A stretch of 64,000 nt of DNA, taken from the IMG/VR virus record IMGVR_UViG_3300032296_003714, positions 43,330-107,329 of that record; one strand, written 5' to 3'. Shown piece by piece: positions 57,046 through 64,000 of this stretch; the stretch's first letter is position 1; the number at the start of each line of letters is the position of its first letter. A program made the position numbers and the translations under genes. Under the pieces are notes generated by a model. The model was not told the DNA's origin and did no database searches. It saw nothing but the letters and a program-made list of their open reading frames with translations. Source of the stretch: a virus.

Positions 57046-60020
57046 TGGCGAAGACCAGAAGTAAATATTTTTATCCCCCAAGACCAGGTAATGGTGCGGG
57101 AACATTCTCCGATGAAATTGTTGGATTACAAACAGTAACGGGGGGTGGACTTACGCAAGGTAATTTTGAATTCACGACAAATGTTGTTGAAAAGGTTAAT
57201 CGTACATTTAATGTGGGTGCTTTTTCGAGCCCAATTAGTTTGGAGGACCTTAATGTTGATAGTTTATTACAAGGAAACGCAATACTTGAAACACAATTTA
57301 GAGTATACCCAAATTATGATGTTTCACAAGTTTTGAACTTTTCGATGTATGGTTCTTTAGTGAAGAGATTTAGTGTTTCGGTTACAAAAATCATCAATTA
57401 TTTTCCAGCTGCGTTAGATGTTCTAAGTACTCAGTTAAATTTAACCACAGGGGCTACGGCAGTAAATATTGCGTTTGATTCAGTTGCAAATGAAACTTAT
57501 TTTGAGGTTAATGTTGATAGATTACACAATCCTTTCGACATTGATTATACGGTTAGTGCAACAACTAATTTAAATGTAAGAGAATTAGAGGTTTCCAAAT
57601 ATAGGAATTTATATAATACATATTTGGATTATGCTGTTACGGTAAATGGTATCGATTATAAAGTAGAATCTTTTTCACCTTCACAATCGTTTAATACAGG
57701 TACTATTGCTTTCTATGTCTCAGGTTCACCTTTTGGTGTTACCGCAACAACTTGGTATGATGATTTCATTATTAAACCAAATGACTACATAACTGACAAA
57801 GTTTTTGAAGAAGATTTTGATGAAGTTGAAAAATTCTTAATTAATAGATTAGTAAACCCAATATATACAGCAATATTCCAAGTCCCACAACAAAATGATG
57901 ACGGGCAATTCTATATTGATAACAGACAAATTACATGGCCAAAAGATGGTATGTGGAATTTGGATATAAGGTCAATTGAGTTTGATTCTTATTTAACGCA
58001 ACTGCAATCTATTGCTGAAAATTTAGATGAGTTCAAAACAAACTTGGTATCAAGATTTTTGGTTTCAGGTTCGTTGAAAGATTTTGATACATTAGGTCAG
58101 AAAGTAGAAAAGATATTTCAAATATATGGTAGAAGCTTCGACCAAATAAAACAATTTATTGATGCTCTTGCATATATTAATTCAGTACACTACAATCCAG
58201 GAAATGATATACCCTCACAGTTATTATTTAACTTAAGTCAAACTTTAGGTTGGAGTACTAACTTCTCACCAATAACACAAGAAAATTTTTTAGAGAGTGT
58301 TTTCGGTAATCAAGCGGTTAACGAGTACCCTGGGTATTCTAGGTCGTTAACACCAACCGAACTCAACTATGCATACTATAGAAATCTCATTATAAACTCC
58401 GCATATCTTTTCAAATCAAAAGGAACTAGAAGGTCTATTGAATTTTTATTAAGATTGATAGGTGCTCCCGAATCATTAATTGAATTCAATGAGCATATCT
58501 ATTTGGCTGACCAAAAGATTAACATGGAGAGTTTCGATACTCAATATGCTCAAATATCTGGTGGTACATATAACCAAGAGTTACCGGCTTTATTGGCGGG
58601 GGACACATACAAAATTAAAGGACAGACATTTACAGCATTCACAACAACAGATATTTTCCAACCTGTAGTTGTTACAAGGGGAGAATATCCTGTGGATGAT
58701 GAGGGATATCCTAAAGCTCCTGATGAAACAGAAGAAATGTTTTTTCAAAAGGGTGCTGGTTGGTATGAATGTACCCCACAACATAGAAGTCCCGATGAAG
58801 TACAAATTACAGGTTTAGTATATACAGGTCAAAATTATAATATCCAAACTCAACTTGAACCATTCACTTACGGAGAAAAGTATTTGGATGTTTACAGACA
58901 ATTCCCGTACATGAGGGAAGGTTTCAAAATAAGAAGAATTGTTGATAATAATAAGTCGTGGTTGGAGACAGATGATAAAATCAGAATCTCGAACCAAGCT
59001 GATTATAATGCATACTATTTTGTTGAAAATGAAAAATTGGTTATCAATGTAAAAAACATTGACCTTAATTTAAATCCTGGACAAGGGTTGGCGTATGATG
59101 TTTGGGATGAGTCTGTTAAGTATGATTATCCAATACCTGAGTCAGGTCTGACTATTAATTTTCCAGTTCCTGGTGGTGTAGATTCTACATTCGTTAATCC
59201 ACAACCAAAAAAGAAAACATTTTTTGAGTTCCTCCAAACATTTTGGTTGAACATGGTTAATACAAGAAATAGACAATTCATTACAGACGGTAAGACAGGT
59301 GGTTATCCGAACCTACAATCTATTTTTTGGAAATATATTGAATCGGAACAAACTGTCGGTATTCCAAATAACAAGTATACGTATCAGAAACTTATAGATT
59401 ATGTTGAGGGTATGGGTCCTTATTGGATGAAGTTGATTGACCAAATGATACCTGCAACAACAATATGGACAACAGGAATCAAATATGAAAATTCAATTTT
59501 ACATAAACAAAAATTTGTATATAGGAGACAAAGAGGGTGTCAATTTGTACCTGTCGTTGTTCCTCCATGTTCAATAATAACAAACATATTTGATTATACA
59601 TGTAGTACCGAATATGTAGACTTTTTCATTTATCCGTGGCTTAATGGTGATGTTGATGTATCTAATTTTAGTACTATTTTAAACAATAGACTCAATTATT
59701 ATTTACAACAACAGGGGCTTACAATCTCTGACTGTCTACTAAATTCTTTGAAAACCACATGGTATGTTGATTTGAGATTAGATGGTAACATCTTAATACA
59801 AGTTCCATTCTATACTGGTTATGGACAAACTGATGTACCAACAAATACTCAGTGGAAAAACGCATTGATTAATAGTTTACCACAGCTTACACAATATAGT
59901 TTGGGTTATTTTTTAAATGGTACAATGTTAACAATATCTAATTTAACTATGACACCTATGAATTTGGGAGAACTACTTTCTCTGAATGTTGGTATAAACA
60001 TTGAAATAAATTGCGTTTAA
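57045..60020 (+). CDS. baseplate wedge protein (T4 gp7 / P2 gpI-like domain)
   Basis: IPSQLLFNLSQTLGW...YLFKSKGTRRSIEFLLRLIG. Confidence 0.65.
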   Translation: MAKTRSKYFYPPRPGNGAGTFSDEIVGLQTVTGGGLTQGNFEFTTNVVEKVNRTFNVGAFSSPISLEDLNVDSLLQGNAILETQFRVYPNYDVSQVLNFSMYGSLVKRFSVSVTKIINYFPAALDVLSTQLNLTTGATAVNIAFDSVANETYFEVNVDRLHNPFDIDYTVSATTNLNVRELEVSKYRNLYNTYLDYAVTVNGIDYKVESFSPSQSFNTGTIAFYVSGSPFGVTATTWYDDFIIKPNDYITDKVFEEDFDEVEKFLINRLVNPIYTAIFQVPQQNDDGQFYIDNRQITWPKDGMWNLDIRSIEFDSYLTQLQSIAENLDEFKTNLVSRFLVSGSLKDFDTLGQKVEKIFQIYGRSFDQIKQFIDALAYINSVHYNPGNDIPSQLLFNLSQTLGWSTNFSPITQENFLESVFGNQAVNEYPGYSRSLTPTELNYAYYRNLIINSAYLFKSKGTRRSIEFLLRLIGAPESLIEFNEHIYLADQKINMESFDTQYAQISGGTYNQELPALLAGDTYKIKGQTFTAFTTTDIFQPVVVTRGEYPVDDEGYPKAPDETEEMFFQKGAGWYECTPQHRSPDEVQITGLVYTGQNYNIQTQLEPFTYGEKYLDVYRQFPYMREGFKIRRIVDNNKSWLETDDKIRISNQADYNAYYFVENEKLVINVKNIDLNLNPGQGLAYDVWDESVKYDYPIPESGLTINFPVPGGVDSTFVNPQPKKKTFFEFLQTFWLNMVNTRNRQFITDGKTGGYPNLQSIFWKYIESEQTVGIPNNKYTYQKLIDYVEGMGPYWMKLIDQMIPATTIWTTGIKYENSILHKQKFVYRRQRGCQFVPVVVPPCSIITNIFDYTCSTEYVDFFIYPWLNGDVDVSNFSTILNNRLNYYLQQQGLTISDCLLNSLKTTWYVDLRLDGNILIQVPFYTGYGQTDVPTNTQWKNALINSLPQLTQYSLGYFLNGTMLTISNLTMTPMNLGELLSLNVGINIEINCV

Positions 60021-62152
60021 TGGCACAGTTTGATTATACCATATTAGTAACTGGAGATTGTCAGAGTAATTCTACAGGCTCCATAAGTATATTACCGTTT
60101 GGTGGAACACCACCATACACAGTTCAATGGGTGGACCCCAACTTAGGTGTTGATATAATAACAACACAACCTACGATTAGAACAGGTCTTTCAAATGGTG
60201 TATATGCTGTAAGATTAAATGATTCTACTCTCCCTACAAATCTTGAGTTTTATGTTAACATACCTGTTTCAAACGGGGTTTGCGTTTTTATTGACGATTC
60301 AGCGGGTACTACTTGCGGTTTAAATAACGGCTCAATAACAGGAAGTTCATCTACAGATTATTCATCGGCATCTTTTTATTTGTATAGTGGTAATGGGCAG
60401 TTTATAACATCCGCAGTTACAAATACAAATAATGTTGTTTTTGGTAGTTTAACTGCAGGAACATACAATGTTGGTGTTTTAGATTTAGGTGGATGTTCAG
60501 GATTGAGTGAAACTATAGTTATCGAGGATTCTTCAGAATTTGATTTTGGTTTTTATGTTGTTCCTAATTCTAGTTGCGGTGGGAATGCTATTGGTAAAAT
60601 ATATGTGACAGGAGAAACAGGACCATCACCGTATACGTATCTATGGAATAATTTAGAGACAACAAGTAGTATAACGGGATTAACTGAAGGAAGTTATTCA
60701 GTTACAGTGACAAATGCCGATGGATGCTCAATTACAAAGAATACTACAGTATCTACAGTAGACCCCGTAGGGTTTGGTAATTTTGTTGTTACCCAACCAA
60801 CATGTTTTTCAAATGATGGGGTTTTAGTCATGACAATTACAGGAGGAACGGCACCTTTCTATTATTCTGCATCAACAGGTGATTTTGAAATATCTTACGC
60901 TAGAACATATACAGTAACAGGACTGACTGCGGGGCAAATAAGTGTTAAGGTGACTGATTCTGGATTCTGTACATTCACAGAAACTACTCAGTTATTAACA
61001 CCGAATGGGATTAGTTCAATATCAATAACTGGAACAAATTCTACCTGTTCTCAGACAAATGGTGCGATATTAGTTTCATTACAAGGAGGAACTACCCCCT
61101 ATACTTATACATTGGTATATCCTACAGGTAATACTAATGTAATTGCAACATCAAATACAACACAAGAATTCATAAATCTAACTGCTGGTACATATACTGT
61201 TTTTGTTGAAGACAGTTCTGGATGTTCATATAATGATGACATTACAATAATAACTGAAAATAAGTTTACAATATCAACACAAATAACAGGGTCTACATGT
61301 GGATTAAATAATGCAACTGTCCAAGTTATTAAAACAACTGGTGGAACATCTCCATATGATTATAAGTTGGATACTACAAGTCAAATTATAGATACCACTC
61401 AGTCTGCAGTGACATTTACAAATGTCAGTCAGGGATTTCATACTGTCTCTGTTGTCGATGCTGATGGGTGTACACAGAATTTAAATTTTTATGTAAATTA
61501 TTCTGAACCAATCTCATATAGTTTATATTCAACTTCTTGCGGTTCAGGTAATGAAGGTAGTATTACTGCATTTATATCATCAGGAACTCCTCCATTCACA
61601 TTCAATTGGTCAAGTAATGTACCTGGTAATCCACAATCAATAACTGCTACAGGGTTAACTGCGGGTACCTATAGCTTAACGGTTGTTGATAGTACAGGTT
61701 GTTCATTGAAAAGAACAACAGAGATTATCTGTAGTCAAAGTTTTATTTCGTATCAGTTATATGTAATGGGAGATGAAGAATTTCAATTAAAATCTGGTAC
61801 TAAGTGTGGTCTCTTACAAATGCTCAATGAGGGTTTTGTGGATTTAACATCTAGTAATACTGGATGTACATTGGATTCTGCGGTATTTGTTGCTAAAGTA
61901 AGTGTAGACCCAACAGGTACGACTTATACAAGTACTTTCTTCACTGCGACAACATTGAACCAAGCACCTTCAGATAATTTGTGGTACAATACAATAAAAA
62001 CACTTTTATTATCAGTACCTGGAATACAAAAAGTTACTATAGATGCTTTAAATAATCAAATAACTATACAAACAACTGTGGACGGACCACTAAACAATCA
62101 AATCATAACCGTTGATGTCTTAATAGAGTATGACATTACATGTAAACAATGA
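60020..62152 (+). CDS. SprB-repeat-containing fibre/adhesin-like protein
   Basis: About 7 repeats of C..NG.I....GGT.PY.Y.W....TGLTAG.Y.V.V.D..GC; likely start ATG 60020 (TAATG). Confidence 0.75.
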   Translation: MAQFDYTILVTGDCQSNSTGSISILPFGGTPPYTVQWVDPNLGVDIITTQPTIRTGLSNGVYAVRLNDSTLPTNLEFYVNIPVSNGVCVFIDDSAGTTCGLNNGSITGSSSTDYSSASFYLYSGNGQFITSAVTNTNNVVFGSLTAGTYNVGVLDLGGCSGLSETIVIEDSSEFDFGFYVVPNSSCGGNAIGKIYVTGETGPSPYTYLWNNLETTSSITGLTEGSYSVTVTNADGCSITKNTTVSTVDPVGFGNFVVTQPTCFSNDGVLVMTITGGTAPFYYSASTGDFEISYARTYTVTGLTAGQISVKVTDSGFCTFTETTQLLTPNGISSISITGTNSTCSQTNGAILVSLQGGTTPYTYTLVYPTGNTNVIATSNTTQEFINLTAGTYTVFVEDSSGCSYNDDITIITENKFTISTQITGSTCGLNNATVQVIKTTGGTSPYDYKLDTTSQIIDTTQSAVTFTNVSQGFHTVSVVDADGCTQNLNFYVNYSEPISYSLYSTSCGSGNEGSITAFISSGTPPFTFNWSSNVPGNPQSITATGLTAGTYSLTVVDSTGCSLKRTTEIICSQSFISYQLYVMGDEEFQLKSGTKCGLLQMLNEGFVDLTSSNTGCTLDSAVFVAKVSVDPTGTTYTSTFFTATTLNQAPSDNLWYNTIKTLLLSVPGIQKVTIDALNNQITIQTTVDGPLNNQIITVDVLIEYDITCKQ

Positions 62153-62376
62153 CAAAGGTAGAAATATCTCAAATAACAGGAACAACTCCTATTGAAGTAT
62201 ATGTGTCAGATTATTATGACAACTATAGAACTTATTTGGGTATTATAAATTCATCATTACCACCGTCAGTATTCTTTGATTTACCGTCAACATTCAATGA
62301 TGTACCGATGGTTAAATTAATTCTTATCGATAGCAATGGATGTGAATATAACCATAATATTGAATGCACAATATGA
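62149..62376 (+). CDS. small beta-rich protein, paralog 1
   Basis: ITGTTPIEVYVSDYYDNYRTYLG...IDSNGCE. Confidence 0.65.
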   Translation: MTKVEISQITGTTPIEVYVSDYYDNYRTYLGIINSSLPPSVFFDLPSTFNDVPMVKLILIDSNGCEYNHNIECTI

Positions 62377-62684
62377 CACAGATTGTAATTACAAACGCCA
62401 CGGGACTAACACCAATAGATGTATTTGTTGCCGATTATAATGGAAATTATAGAACATATCTCGGTTCAATTACAGGAACAACAATAGTACCTGTACCACC
62501 ACAAGAAAGTTTTTTACCAGGACCATTTTTTGATACTATTTCAACAATCATGTTAATCCTTAGGGATAACAATGGGTGTGAGAAATTTAAGTTGATAAAT
62601 TGTGAGGCATGTGAAATACAAATAATTATAACAGAAAATAATATACCAATAGCATCTGAATGTGGAATTATTTTTATTGCTTAA
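62373..62684 (+). CDS. small beta-rich protein, paralog 2
   Basis: ATGLTPIDVFVADYNGNYRTYLG...RDNNGCE; likely start ATG 62373. Confidence 0.65.
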   Translation: MTQIVITNATGLTPIDVFVADYNGNYRTYLGSITGTTIVPVPPQESFLPGPFFDTISTIMLILRDNNGCEKFKLINCEACEIQIIITENNIPIASECGIIFIA

Positions 62685-62720
62685 TTTATAAAGTTTGCCG
62701 AAAGTATATTTATAAGAACG

Positions 62721-64000
62721 ATGGCTACTTACGTTAAAATTTCCGAATTACCTTTAGTACCTTCAGGGTCACCTGATAGTTTACTCGTAATAGTAAATCC
62801 AGGAGGAGACTGCTCTGGAACAACAAATTCTATTTATTTTTCTTCAATAACCGCACAATTAAGTGGCACCACAGGTAGTAGTGGTAGTTCAGGTTCATCA
62901 GGAACCAGTGGGACTTCAGGAACAAGTGGTAGCTCTGGTTCTAGTGGTTCTTCAGGAACAAGTGGTAGCTCTGGTTCTAGTGGTACATCAGGTACTTCAG
63001 GAACAGGTGCAAGTATATCAATATATGACGAGGGTTCGTTAATAACAACAGGAGTAACATCTATTGATTTCGTAGGTTCTGGAGTTACGGTAACATCAAC
63101 AGGCTCGAGTATAACAGTTAACGTTACGGCGACAGGAAGCGGGTCTGGTTCTTCAGGAACAAGTGGTACAAATGGTTCATCTGGAAGTTCTGGTTCTAGT
63201 GGAACTTCAGGAACAGATGGTTCTTCAGGAACTAACGGTAGCTCTGGAACTTCAGGAACAGATGGTTCTTCAGGAACTAGCGGTAGCTCTGGTACATCAG
63301 GAACAGATGGTTCTTCAGGAACTAGCGGTAGCTCTGGTACATCAGGAACAGATGGTTCTTCAGGAACTAGTGGTACAGATGGTAGTTCTGGTTCTAGTGG
63401 AACTTCAGGTACAGATGGTTCGTCTGGAACTAGTGGTACAGATGGTTCGTCTGGAAGTTCTGGTTCTTCAGGAACTAGTGGTACAGATGGTAGTTCTGGT
63501 TCTAGTGGAACTTCAGGTACAGATGGTTCGTCTGGAAGTTCTGGTTCTTCAGGAACTAGTGGTGTTGATGGTGTTTCAGGAACAAGCGGCACATCAGGTA
63601 CTTCAGGAACTGGACAAAGTGTATCGATTTATGATGAAGGAGTTTTAGTTACATCAGGAGTCACCGCAATTGATTTTGTTGGTTCAGGGGTTACAATAAC
63701 TTCCACAGGGTCTAGTATAACTGTGAATGTTACAGCAACAGGAAGTGGTTCTGGTTCTTCAGGTACAAGTGGTTCTAGTGGAACTTCAGGAACTGATGGT
63801 TCTTCAGGAACTAGTGGTGTTGATGGTGTTTCAGGAACAAGTGGTACATCAGGAAGTTCTGGTTCTTCAGGAACTAGCGGTACGGATGGTAGTTCTGGTA
63901 CATCAGGTACGGATGGTAGTTCTGGTACATCAGGTTCTTCAGGAACTAGCGGTACGGATGGTAGTTCTGGTACATCAGGTTCTTCAGGAACTAGCGGTAC
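62721..64000 (+). CDS. Ser/Thr-rich collagen-like (G-X-Y) fibre protein, 3' truncated (not in ORF track)
   Basis: MATYVKISELP... open to the window end; long GSS/GTS/GTD triplet runs interrupted by two copies of a ~45-aa beta domain (SIYDEG..TxIDFVGSGVT). Confidence 0.88.
   Translation, partial: MATYVKISELPLVPSGSPDSLLVIVNPGGDCSGTTNSIYFSSITAQLSGTTGSSGSSGSSGTSGTSGTSGSSGSSGSSGTSGSSGSSGTSGTSGTGASISIYDEGSLITTGVTSIDFVGSGVTVTSTGSSITVNVTATGSGSGSSGTSGTNGSSGSSGSSGTSGTDGSSGTNGSSGTSGTDGSSGTSGSSGTSGTDGSSGTSGSSGTSGTDGSSGTSGTDGSSGSSGTSGTDGSSGTSGTDGSSGSSGSSGTSGTDGSSGSSGTSGTDGSSGSSGSSGTSGVDGVSGTSGTSGTSGTGQSVSIYDEGVLVTSGVTAIDFVGSGVTITSTGSSITVNVTATGSGSGSSGTSGSSGTSGTDGSSGTSGVDGVSGTSGTSGSSGSSGTSGTDGSSGTSGTDGSSGTSGSSGTSGTDGSSGTSGSSGTSG
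62868..64000 (+). repeat. 9-nt-period coding repeats (GSS/GTS/GTD codon triplets)
   Basis: Recurring ggttcttca / ggaactagt / ggtacagat units, with near-identical 45-nt blocks around 63250-63350. Confidence 0.85.

Noticed and set aside
62834-63592. 252-aa Pro/Glu/Val-rich minus-strand ORF and the 161-aa plus-strand ORF 63163-63648
   Set aside because: Shadow frames of the G-X-Y repeat gene starting at 62721, which has a promoter motif and a proper start
62868-64000. Tandem repeats considered as a CRISPR array
   Set aside because: 9-nt coding periodicity with no unique spacers and no cas genes
1-64000. Stop-codon reassignment as in some large phages; tRNA or rRNA genes
   Set aside because: Standard-code ORFs tile the window at high density; intergenic gaps are short and show no cloverleaf

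Overview
This is an AT-rich, gene-dense 64 kb segment of a large lytic myovirus (distantly T4-like, contractile tail), read in the standard genetic code. The host is probably Bacteroidota, inferred from SprB-like repeats, an IPT/TIG domain, A-rich leaders without Shine-Dalgarno sites, and one promoter fitting TTTG-N20-TAnnTTTR. Gene order: a glycan/methyl-modification island (1-8115); family B DNA polymerase; a minus-strand block (neck protein, SNF2 helicase, SET-domain protein); neck and tail-terminator genes; sheath, tube, tail chaperone, tape measure and very large baseplate proteins; a replication/recombination operon (SSB, RecA, 5'-3' exonuclease, DnaB, class II RNR); a second baseplate/fibre module ending in a Ser/Thr-rich collagen-like protein that runs off the window. 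Main signals beyond the ORF track: (1) a probable programmed +1 frameshift at UUU_UUU_CGC joining the tail chaperone to a start-less gp51-like frame just before the tape measure gene; (2) a sense-strand TATTTAT motif ahead of 17 genes, often 4-7 nt from the ATG; (3) a structured RNA leader on the DNA polymerase; (4) an unannotated ribbon-helix-helix regulator divergent from the sheath gene; (5) a shared N-terminal (I/L)I(S/K)E tag on non-structural-looking proteins inside the virion module; (6) a possible pairing of the glycosylation island with the proline-free G-S/T-S collagen fibre. All functional calls come from motif recognition by eye; no database searches were run.
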